Shown: positions 10,126-17,913 of the stretch, piece by piece
Layout: the number at the start of each line of letters is the position of its first letter
Numbering within the stretch: the first letter of the stretch is position 1
Virus record (IMG/VR): IMGVR_UViG_3300009011_000002
Span: 62,001 to 126,000 of that record
Length of the DNA: 64,000 nucleotides
Strand: one strand, 5' to 3'
Made by a program: the position numbers and the translations under genes
The notes under the pieces: generated by a model
The model's database searches: none
Told to the model about the DNA's origin: nothing
Seen by the model: the letters and a program-made list of their open reading frames with translations, nothing else

Positions 10126-10578
10126 CTACTTGGAATTTCTGAAACGGTAAGGTCTGAAATCGTTGTTGTCATACACAAAGATTTGACCATTGATGGACAC
10201 GAGTGCATCGTTGTGGTTGTTCACCACTTCGTTAAAGATTAACAAGTCCTTGGAATGCGACTTGTGTTTCTGGGCGACTGGGAGTTGGAACGCAATGTAC
10301 TGGAGCATGTCACGGTTGGTAAACTCGACAGGGAATTTACATTCCCAACCAAACACATGACCAGCAAGGTGAGGGTCTTTGGTTTCTGGGTCACGTATCA
10401 AAGACACCCGCCCTGCGTACACGCCCAGTTGGTACTTAAAGATAAGACCTTCTGGGACCTGTTCCAAGGAGAACCAAAACCCTCGACTTTCCCGCAGTCT
10501 ACATACCAGCAGCAGTCCTGCCAATGCCCAGACCACCGTCAATAGTAGGTTCAGCACGATCTCTGGAATCTCGAACAT
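10126..10578 (-). CDS. Hypothetical membrane protein (N-terminal TM helix)
   Basis: Likely start MFEIPEIVLNLLLTVVWALAGLLLV at 10578 with RBS AAGAAGG. Confidence 0.7.
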   Translation of the reverse strand: MFEIPEIVLNLLLTVVWALAGLLLVCRLRESRGFWFSLEQVPEGLIFKYQLGVYAGRVSLIRDPETKDPHLAGHVFGWECKFPVEFTNRDMLQYIAFQLPVAQKHKSHSKDLLIFNEVVNNHNDALVSINGQIFVYDNNDFRPYRFRNSK

Positions 10579-11326
10579 TGTGAGGTACCTTCTTACCAAA
10601 TATCCGTGTGTAGTTGTCTCTGACGAGTGTACCAATCAAAGCTGGATTATCCGCCACTGCCATGAAGTCCGCAATACTGCCTGGCTTGCTTTTTAAGACG
10701 GCTGCAGGAATACTCTGCCAGATGGTACCGTTTCTACCGTACATCGCTGAGAAGCCTTCTGAGAGCCTGTCACACCACTCTTCAGGGGAGACGGGTTCCT
10801 CAGTGATGACAGTGTTCTCCCGCACGTACTCCACCACCGCTTTCGCCGGGTTGGAAAACAGTACGTCGGTCATTACCCGTACTTCGTGAGCAATGGTAAT
10901 GGCTTCAGTGTCTACCGAGAGCCGGAAGGCCGACATACTCCGACGACGGCAGCTGTTCTGTATCTGTTTGATCTCTGTGTCGTCAAAGAATTCTCCAGCC
11001 TCCTCATTCAGGAACACCATGGCAAATGCCGAAGATGCATCATGCGGATGTTGACCTTGGTACGTCCTTCCCGTTTCCATCAAGAAGGTAACTGCATAGA
11101 TAAGCGACCGACGGTCCTCTTCAACCTCATGGATGTCACACATGTCGCGTGTGACTAAAACGGCATTCCGTAGCCAGTGATGATCGAATCCTTCAGGGTT
11201 ACTCTTCATGCGGTTAAACAACTTCATGATGAAGTTTAGAGGAAGGTACGTTCCCGCTGTTGTTAAGATGTCCTGGAAGGATTCCAGGTCCTTTAGATCT
11301 TGTGCGCGAAAACGACGTCCTGACAT
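10499..11326 (-). CDS. HD-domain-like protein with degenerate metal ligands
   Basis: HHWLRNAVLVTRDMCD...LIYAVTFLMETGRT...HPHDASSAFAMVFL...EIKQIQNSCRR follows the HD-fold pattern, with HD replaced by ME. Confidence 0.55.
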   Translation of the reverse strand: MSGRRFRAQDLKDLESFQDILTTAGTYLPLNFIMKLFNRMKSNPEGFDHHWLRNAVLVTRDMCDIHEVEEDRRSLIYAVTFLMETGRTYQGQHPHDASSAFAMVFLNEEAGEFFDDTEIKQIQNSCRRRSMSAFRLSVDTEAITIAHEVRVMTDVLFSNPAKAVVEYVRENTVITEEPVSPEEWCDRLSEGFSAMYGRNGTIWQSIPAAVLKSKPGSIADFMAVADNPALIGTLVRDNYTRIFGKKVPHNVRDSRDRAEPTIDGGLGIGRTAAGM

Positions 11327-11358
11327 AACCAACTCCTAAGAAACAAAAATAAAAAGAA

Positions 11359-11378
11359 GCGAGGCCCGAAGGCCTCGT
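11359..11378 (-). terminator. Intrinsic terminator, cUUCGg loop
   Basis: GAGGCC-TTCG-GGCCTC followed by a T-rich tail on the minus strand. Confidence 0.75.
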
Positions 11379-11380
11379 GC

Positions 11381-11848
11381 TCAATCAACTTCCGTGAGGT
11401 TCTCGAAGTACTCGTCACGGTCAAAGTGATTCACAAGCTTCTCTGGCTTGCATTCGGCGTTGAGCGTTTTCACCATCTCCACTTGTTCGTAGAGGTAGCC
11501 AGTGATCACGCCACGCTGATCGTTTACTCCTACGGTCGTCATGCTTCTGCCTGCCACGATGTAGATCTCGCGGTTATCGACGCCTTCTTCTGCAGAGTAA
11601 CGGAATGACTTACCTATGTTGTTACCAGCGGCCGCTACGCTGTACTCAGGTTTACGGAGGTCCTCCCCATACAGAATGGTGAAGACATCGGTCACGGGGT
11701 TACGCGAAACTTGAAGGTGTTTCCCTTCCTTGGTTTCACATTTCAACACGAGGTCTTCAGGCACAGTAACCACTTGGTTTGCAGAGGCATTGACCGCAAA
11801 ACCCAGCACCATCAGAACAGCCATGTAGAACGAAGTAAACAGTTTCAT
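11381..11848 (-). CDS. Secreted/periplasmic protein with signal peptide
   Basis: MKLFTSFYMAVLMVLGFAVNASA gives an A-X-A cleavage site. Two Cys in the mature part. RBS GGAG. Confidence 0.75.
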   Translation of the reverse strand: MKLFTSFYMAVLMVLGFAVNASANQVVTVPEDLVLKCETKEGKHLQVSRNPVTDVFTILYGEDLRKPEYSVAAAGNNIGKSFRYSAEEGVDNREIYIVAGRSMTTVGVNDQRGVITGYLYEQVEMVKTLNAECKPEKLVNHFDRDEYFENLTEVD

Positions 11849-11885
11849 GTCATCTCCAAAGATTGATTAGTCAATCTCCCCAAAA

Positions 11886-11919
11886 AATAAAGACTGAGGA
11901 ATTACCCCCAGTCTTTATT
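11886..11919 (-). terminator. Intrinsic terminator
   Basis: AATAAAGACTG...CAGTCTTTATT stem with a T-run on the minus strand. Confidence 0.65.
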
Positions 11920-11940
11920 GATAGAGAAGTTGCATAGTGG

Positions 11941-12444
11941 TTAGATCATGCTGCCGCGAGGGATCGGGTTCTGGGAAGCGCTAATCGGCATGATGTGGGT
12001 GGTGCTGTTCGCCACACCGATGTGGTTGGTCTTGCATTTGACCATAGCACCGTAAAGGCTCTCGAGGTAGGAACCGATGTTCTCCTCGATGTCCCAGCTG
12101 GTCACCACCAGGCTGAACTGCGCCAGCGACAGCGCGCTATTACCAAGCAGCAGGGCCAGTTGTTTGTGCGAGTTGTGGACCAGCACGAACTTCTGACCGG
12201 TCCTGGGTGCATGGCGTTCAAACACCACCACGGTACCCAAGCAGGTGCCGACCAGGATCAGTCGACGTTCAGTGTGGGTGCACACCGACTTGACAACTTT
12301 GCCAGCTTCCAGAGGGAAGTCCATGGCGTTCTCGAAGTAACCGTTCTCGCTGCGCCAGGCCGAATTGAAAGGAACGGATTCCTTGATCTTCAGCAGGGCG
12401 TATTCAAAGGCTTTTTCGATTTCGATAGAAGGATCGTTACGCAT
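11941..12444 (-). CDS. Hypothetical early protein (about 167 aa)
   Basis: Start MRNDPSIEIEK at 12444 with RBS AGGA, directly downstream of an early promoter. Confidence 0.75.
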   Translation of the reverse strand: MRNDPSIEIEKAFEYALLKIKESVPFNSAWRSENGYFENAMDFPLEAGKVVKSVCTHTERRLILVGTCLGTVVVFERHAPRTGQKFVLVHNSHKQLALLLGNSALSLAQFSLVVTSWDIEENIGSYLESLYGAMVKCKTNHIGVANSTTHIMPISASQNPIPRGSMI

Positions 12445-12503
12445 GATTTGTTTTCCTATATAGGACAAAGGGTTAGTAGACTTTAATAGTCTCATTCACC
12501 CTA

Positions 12504-12520
12504 GTTATATAGGTCTGAAA
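12504..12520 (-). promoter_or_regulatory. Early (virion RNAP) promoter TTTCAGACCTATATAAC
   Basis: One of five copies of TTTSARACCTATATHAC. Resembles the phiKZ early TATATTAC consensus. Confidence 0.75.
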
Positions 12521-12581
12521 AAGAATGTAACTTAAATATAACCCGCACAGGCCAAAAGGCCTGTACGGGTTATAATCAGGA

Positions 12582-13325
12582 TCAGGACATCAGGTGGCTT
12601 GGAATCTTGATGCTGGGTACACGGGGTTTCACACAGTCAGGGCAACCACCCTTACACTGACCCTTTACTGGCTTGGTCAGTGGGCGGATGATCTTCATCA
12701 GGTGCGGGAACAGTTGCTCGCGCACTTCATCGAGACCATACGAAGCGTCGATGAGGGTGTAACGGTCAGCATCGGTCTTGTACAGGTCCAGGAAGACCTG
12801 CTGCATGGCTTCCTGCTGTTCCAGACTTGCCCGGTCGAACTTGTCACTCTGTTTCTCAGCGTCGCTGATACGCGATGCTGCGATGTACGGAGGGCAGGTG
12901 AAGATGAACGTCTTGTCTGGGTTGACCCCTACCACCAACTCGTGTAGCTGTTTCAGCTTCTCGAGTGGTAACCCGTCGTAGGTCGACTGGTAGGCAAACG
13001 TGGTATCACAGTAACGGTCGGAGACCACAACCCGACCGGATTCAATGGAAGGACGAATCACCTTGTTAACGTGATCCACCCGCGCAGCGTTAAACAGCAA
13101 CGCCACAGCCATGGGATCCAGCACGTCCAAAGGTTCTTTCGGATTAGCTCCTGGGAACCCCTCACGCACCAGCTTACGCAGATGCTCCGCGCAAAGGGTA
13201 CCACCAGGCTCACGGGTTAACACAGGATCGAGGTGGTGATCCTGGAACAACTTACCGATGTAATTACGAGCAGTGGACTTGCCCGTGCCTCCGATCCCTT
13301 CGAGGGTGATGAATGGCGCTGTCAT
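12582..13325 (-). CDS. tmk: Thymidylate kinase
   Basis: FITLEGIGGTGKST P-loop, TREPGG and SDRYCDTTFAYQ. Start at ATG 13325. Confidence 0.92.
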   Translation of the reverse strand: MTAPFITLEGIGGTGKSTARNYIGKLFQDHHLDPVLTREPGGTLCAEHLRKLVREGFPGANPKEPLDVLDPMAVALLFNAARVDHVNKVIRPSIESGRVVVSDRYCDTTFAYQSTYDGLPLEKLKQLHELVVGVNPDKTFIFTCPPYIAASRISDAEKQSDKFDRASLEQQEAMQQVFLDLYKTDADRYTLIDASYGLDEVREQLFPHLMKIIRPLTKPVKGQCKGGCPDCVKPRVPSIKIPSHLMS

Positions 13326-13332
13326 GATATCC

Positions 13333-13509
13333 TTACTTCTTTGGAGGCGTGAGATCAATCCCAAACTCGTAGGCACGAGGTGGGTTAAGGGGTTTAACAA
13401 TCCCGCCAGCGTCGAGACTGTCGTAGGTAGGACGCTCAGGTGGAACCGCCGAGACAACACGTCCCAGCGATTTCAAGAGCTCCGGGCTAGGTCCTGCTTC
13501 TTTGGCCAT
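13333..13509 (-). CDS. Small hypothetical protein, 58 aa (below the ORF-track cutoff)
   Basis: AGGAG RBS, reads MAKEAGPSPELLKSLGRVV...DLTPPKK*, and fills the gap exactly. Confidence 0.6.
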   Translation of the reverse strand: MAKEAGPSPELLKSLGRVVSAVPPERPTYDSLDAGGIVKPLNPPRAYEFGIDLTPPKK

Positions 13510-13542
13510 GGAAGGTGCTCCTATTGATTATTTTCAATAGGA

Positions 13543-14838
13543 TTACCCGCAGAAGTCACGACCCTGAGCAGGCAGTTCTATTTCTTCCAATAAGTGGACG
13601 GGGTTCACTTTGTCGACCTCATCGACCAATGCACACGCAGGTTCATCAGAACCATCCTGGAGTACTTCTACTTGCCCCCGGAGTTTCTCTTCTAGCTGCT
13701 TCTTCTGGTAGACGCGTGCTTCTTCGATCAGTTCGGCGTCGGCAGTTTCAACGATTGTGTCACCGACCAGGATAAAGACCTTGTCATCTTTTTCACGAAC
13801 CTCAACCTTACGTGGCGTGTAAGCTTTCAGTTCCTTTTTGACCAAGGCCAGGGCTTCCTCTTCCTTGGTCGGGTACTTGATGCCCTTCGCGTTGAGCATG
13901 TCAACTAGGCAGCGGGTCCAATTAAGGAACTGGTTTTCAACCTCGTGTAGGTCTTTGGTAGGACCAGGGGACACCCTTAAACCATAGCCTTGTGCTACGT
14001 CCATGGCGAACTGGTCAGCCTCAGGCGGCAGTTTGATATCCGCTGCAGTGACTTCATCGGCCAACAGACGATAACGGAGAGGAATTTCTGAGAGTTTGTA
14101 TTCCCAGTGCTCACCGCACAGTTCGTTCTTCATCTTCGAAGCACGCCATTCGATGCGTTTGGCTTCGGTGATGTTGTAAACGATCTTGCTGTCGTCACCA
14201 AGACCACGGAAGACCTTCGCCTGACCCGTGTGGATAACGAACGGGTGTAGCTCAGGCGGGATCATGTCGAACACTTGTTGCTTGGATAATTCCCACAACG
14301 GAGCACGGTAAACAGTGCCGGTACGGTCAGCCACCGCCAAACGACCCAGTTTCTTTGGCAGTTCGAGCAGGTCGCGGTAGTCTTCTTCTGTGTGGTCGTA
14401 TTCGAGGTTACTGAATTCAGCGGCATCTTGTTTCAACCAACCGATCCAAACACCTGGGTATTCAGACAATACATTCCAGCGACGCAGGTCCAACATACCC
14501 ACAACAGTGGCGAACTGCTGGGTAATGGTGCTCACAACCATGTCACCATGGTCGTCGTAATGGTTCATAAGTCTACGGCTGTTTTTCTGGCACGGGGCCC
14601 AAGGACAACGTACCGATTGGTAGATGTTCTTGATGGAGCCCTTAAAGCCCAGCGCTTCCATGTTCTCTTTAACGTACTCGACGAACTTAACCGTGTTATA
14701 CAACTCGAACAGGAAGGTGTCGCGGTTGTTGCTTACGTTGATCACGCAGAGGTTCAGGGTGTGCCCGTCACGCAATCCCTTGGTTACCATTGCAACTGAT
14801 TCCAAACCACTGCTGAACGCTACGTTGATAGTTGCCAT
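13543..14838 (-). CDS. PP-loop/QueC-like (adenine nucleotide alpha-hydrolase fold) protein, degenerate
   Basis: INVAFSSGLESVAMV (cf. SGGLDS), VWIGWLKQD, and YRAPLWELSKQQV (cf. QueC APL..L.K.EI). No QueC Cys4 zinc site. Confidence 0.55.
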   Translation of the reverse strand: MATINVAFSSGLESVAMVTKGLRDGHTLNLCVINVSNNRDTFLFELYNTVKFVEYVKENMEALGFKGSIKNIYQSVRCPWAPCQKNSRRLMNHYDDHGDMVVSTITQQFATVVGMLDLRRWNVLSEYPGVWIGWLKQDAAEFSNLEYDHTEEDYRDLLELPKKLGRLAVADRTGTVYRAPLWELSKQQVFDMIPPELHPFVIHTGQAKVFRGLGDDSKIVYNITEAKRIEWRASKMKNELCGEHWEYKLSEIPLRYRLLADEVTAADIKLPPEADQFAMDVAQGYGLRVSPGPTKDLHEVENQFLNWTRCLVDMLNAKGIKYPTKEEEALALVKKELKAYTPRKVEVREKDDKVFILVGDTIVETADAELIEEARVYQKKQLEEKLRGQVEVLQDGSDEPACALVDEVDKVNPVHLLEEIELPAQGRDFCG

Positions 14839-14849
14839 TCCCTTTCCCC

Positions 14850-15083
14850 TTAGAACCAACTAAAAATGAATTTGATAACACACGCAAACACGTAGGCAAT
14901 GGAACCCCAAACGAAGACGATCAGGCACTTTGCCTGAAACAGAATCCATTTGAGGGTCCGAATGTCTTCATCGGCCACTGCCAGTCGGCGCATGTGGTCG
15001 TAATAGGCTTTAAGCTCGTTTACCTTGTAGGACATTACCATCAGGACAATGAACAACCCGAATCCGATCCAGTAGTTCAGCAT
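14850..15083 (-). CDS. Small membrane protein, 77 aa
   Basis: Two hydrophobic segments. Confidence 0.65.
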   Translation of the reverse strand: MLNYWIGFGLFIVLMVMSYKVNELKAYYDHMRRLAVADEDIRTLKWILFQAKCLIVFVWGSIAYVFACVIKFIFSWF

Positions 15084-15107
15084 TTTTACCCCCGAAGCAA
15101 AAATAAA

Positions 15108-15131
15108 ACAGGGAGCCCGAAGGCCCCCTGT
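15108..15131 (-). terminator. Intrinsic terminator, cUUCGg loop
   Basis: ACAGGGGGCC-TTCG-GGCTCCCTGT followed by TTTATTTTTG. Confidence 0.75.
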
Positions 15132-15136
15132 TACGA

Positions 15137-16498
15137 TCAGCCTGCGCGCGACTGGATGCGATCCACGAGGTTGTGCAGGTTATGGATGATGTACTGTGAC
15201 CACGGTTCGAAGTCGCCTTCCAGGAACTGCTTGTACTCCGGCGCATCCAGATCGGTCTTGTTGCCAAGAAGGCTGACGTTGGCAACGTTCAGGATGTCGC
15301 CGCACGGGAACTGGACTTCGGCCAGGCCTTTGACATGGGCACGGGCGAAGATCAAGTCGACCAGGGTGTCGTGATCCAGCCAGGCTACTTCGTCGAGATT
15401 CGGCTCGTTCATTTCGAAGGTGGCGTTGGAAGGCGCTTCGGCCGCGTAGACGATACCGAAGTGGCTGTTGCCGACGAAACCTTGGACATCAGACGAGTCG
15501 CAAACGAAACCAACCGGGGTGCCCGTCTTCATCACTTGAGCCGTGACGTCAACGTCGCCTTGGTAGATGGTGACTTCTTCAGGGCCTTCACGGTGGTAGG
15601 AGGCGTCCGTGGTGGTGTGGAGGTCCATGATGTTGGTGTGCGTTACCTGGGTATCGCGGGCGTCGGTGACATTGCTGTCGTCATAGGACATGTAGTCCAT
15701 GAAATCCGGGATAGGCTCCGCATGGCCGCCGATGGCGATGGAGAACACCGATACCATCTGCTTCTCGCCGTTCAGCTTGTTGCGCTTGTAGACGAGGAAT
15801 TCGACCTTGCCTTCACGGACACGGAACACCAGGCCGTAAGCGATCAGCTGGCGAACCAGGTCGTTCTTAGCGATGTACTCACGGCGACCACCCATGGCAG
15901 CGCGCTCGAGCACTTTCAGACGCTTGAGGACCTCGGCCTTTTCCATGCCGACATCACAGAAGTGCGGTGCTAGCACTTCGGTTACAAATGGAGCGTGAAC
16001 GCCGAGGGTGAATTCGGCTTTTGCAGGTACTTCAGATTTGGCGATCAAAGTCACGAGACGATCCTTTTCGGGTGTGGTTGGAATTTTGTTAGTAAGAGTA
16101 TCACCTTCCCAGTCGTTTTTAACGAACTGGGTGATGATGGTCATGATGTCTTTCATTGCCGCGCGGAGATCGTCTTCACAGAAGACCGCCACGTTAAGCA
16201 TGACCACCTCGAGTGAGATGTCCTTGCTAGTTTCTGGTAAACGGCATTGCACTAACGGCTCAAGGCCGTCAGCAGAAATCCAGAACGCCGTGCTCGGGTA
16301 AACATAACCACCCGGAACAAAACGGCGCATGGGGAAGATGACCATGAAGGTCGACAACTCGTCAGGCTTTGCTTTGGTCTTTAACGTGAAAGTACGTTTC
16401 ATGTTCACGTTTTCTGCCAGCTCGGTTCGTAGACCTGCAAACCACGCATCTTTAAGTTGTGGATTGCCGAAGGATGGATCATTTAGTCTTTCAAACAT
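15137..16498 (-). CDS. NUDIX/MutT-like phosphoesterase with an N-terminal extension
   Basis: RQLIAY...LVYKR...GEKQM...SIAIGGH...YHREGPEEV...PVGFVCD...VGNSHFGIVY matches the predicted MutT-family phosphoesterase pattern. Confidence 0.65.
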   Translation of the reverse strand: MFERLNDPSFGNPQLKDAWFAGLRTELAENVNMKRTFTLKTKAKPDELSTFMVIFPMRRFVPGGYVYPSTAFWISADGLEPLVQCRLPETSKDISLEVVMLNVAVFCEDDLRAAMKDIMTIITQFVKNDWEGDTLTNKIPTTPEKDRLVTLIAKSEVPAKAEFTLGVHAPFVTEVLAPHFCDVGMEKAEVLKRLKVLERAAMGGRREYIAKNDLVRQLIAYGLVFRVREGKVEFLVYKRNKLNGEKQMVSVFSIAIGGHAEPIPDFMDYMSYDDSNVTDARDTQVTHTNIMDLHTTTDASYHREGPEEVTIYQGDVDVTAQVMKTGTPVGFVCDSSDVQGFVGNSHFGIVYAAEAPSNATFEMNEPNLDEVAWLDHDTLVDLIFARAHVKGLAEVQFPCGDILNVANVSLLGNKTDLDAPEYKQFLEGDFEPWSQYIIHNLHNLVDRIQSRAG

Positions 16499-16507
16499 AT
16501 TTCCCCC

Positions 16508-16888
16508 CTATGCTTTCTGTCGTTGCCTACGAAGGTTTTCCACCCCGTTGACGTGAACCTGTTCGTAGGTTGTGTGAATACCCGCCGTAATACCAACATT
16601 ACGCATAAAGATCACCCAGGCCAGTGACAGATCACCTGAGGGTGTTGTAATGGGAGGTTCTTCAATCTCGTGGACTTCAGCCAACGTGTACTGTTCGGTG
16701 CGGAGGTGTTTGATCAGCTGCTGGCGGAGATAACGGCCATGACCAAGATTGTTCTCAGGCTGACGGTTGGCCCATGCATCCCAAACGTTGTCGAGCAGTT
16801 CCTCCAATGATTTGCCAAAACAAGAAGGTTCGTCATGGCGGCACACGTAAGCTTTACCGTAACGCTCAAACATGGACTTACGACTCAT
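16508..16888 (-). CDS. Hypothetical protein, 126 aa
   Basis: ORF within a tightly packed operon (ATGA overlap). Confidence 0.7.
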   Translation of the reverse strand: MSRKSMFERYGKAYVCRHDEPSCFGKSLEELLDNVWDAWANRQPENNLGHGRYLRQQLIKHLRTEQYTLAEVHEIEEPPITTPSGDLSLAWVIFMRNVGITAGIHTTYEQVHVNGVENLRRQRQKA

Positions 16889-17250
16889 TGGGATTTCCCC
16901 GCCTCAGCCATTGCAAGACCAGCTACGTGTAAAACTTCGGAACGAACTGCAAAGAGGACATTCCGAATGGTCTCAAAAGTGTAACCCTGCGGGATAACAA
17001 AATCAGAAGAAACAATCTTCATGAAAGGTCCGGATGAAATAGCGCATGGACCAAGGTGAGTGATCTCGATCTCCCAACCTGGCGCCGGATGACACTTGAC
17101 CAAGAACTCTGCGGTTATCGGTGGCCGTTTCCAAGCGAGATCGTAAAGAGCTACTTCTACTTGATGTTCACCCTTGCCATTGAACGCCCCGTAGTTAAGG
17201 AGGTCGTGGTAGAGCAGTCCAATTTCTGCCTTCTCTGAAATGTGCGACAT
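16885..17250 (-). CDS. Hypothetical protein, about 121 aa
   Basis: ORF overlapping the next gene by 4 nt. Confidence 0.65.
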   Translation of the reverse strand: MSHISEKAEIGLLYHDLLNYGAFNGKGEHQVEVALYDLAWKRPPITAEFLVKCHPAPGWEIEITHLGPCAISSGPFMKIVSSDFVIPQGYTFETIRNVLFAVRSEVLHVAGLAMAEAGKSQ

Positions 17251-17327
17251 AATCAAGTACCAAAAAAAAAGAAAGGGGCTTGCAGAATGGCTAGAGACGA
17301 ATCCCTAGCCACCCTGACCGTTATTTG

Positions 17328-17771
17328 TTAGCCGAAGAGCTTAGTAGCTTCCGCGACGCTGGTTTCACGTTGCTGGGTCAGCCAGGTAGTTTGTTCGTCG
17401 CTGTGGACGTAGCTGACTGCGGTGGTGCTTTCGCCGAAGACCCATTCGTCCCCGCCGACTTGTTGACGCAGGTGATGTTGCGAGTTGATGTTGACACCGC
17501 CGATGTGGTAAGAGCCGTCAACAGTCGACAGCTTGTCGTTGTTGCCGTGTTGTTCGCGGGCGATGAGTGCAGTTGCGGTTTCCAGCTGGCCGGAGGTCTC
17601 GTTGATGAAATCGACGTGTTGCTTCATCGATTCCTCGGTGATGCCTTCGGGAAGAGTTACAGCGTCGGCGCCGAAGGTGATGTGGTTGGTCAGGGCGTCG
17701 AACTTACCCTTTTCCTTCATCTGGTCCACAGCCTTCTGCATACGTTCGCTGAAATCTTTATTCAAGCTCAT
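17328..17771 (-). CDS. Hypothetical protein, 147 aa, strong codon bias
   Basis: Start MSLNKDFSERMQK at 17771 with RBS GAGG, downstream of an early promoter. Confidence 0.8.
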   Translation of the reverse strand: MSLNKDFSERMQKAVDQMKEKGKFDALTNHITFGADAVTLPEGITEESMKQHVDFINETSGQLETATALIAREQHGNNDKLSTVDGSYHIGGVNINSQHHLRQQVGGDEWVFGESTTAVSYVHSDEQTTWLTQQRETSVAEATKLFG

Positions 17772-17880
17772 TGTGAGAAACCTCTTCTCTGTAGTAGTTA
17801 TAGATAAACACCCAATAGGACTACCAACGGAAAGGTGGGTTACCCGTCCGCCAGGAGGTAGTCCTGTTCGGTTCATGCAA

Positions 17881-17897
17881 GTGATATAGGTCTGAAA
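17881..17897 (-). promoter_or_regulatory. Early promoter TTTCAGACCTATATCAC
   Basis: Copy of the repeated early-promoter motif. Confidence 0.7.
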
Positions 17898-17913
17898 TAT
17901 TCTTACCTAGTTA

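Noticed and set aside
13543-14838. A 7-deazaguanine DNA modification pathway
   Set aside because: Only a degenerate QueC-like gene is present. No folE, queD, queE or dpdA was seen in the window.
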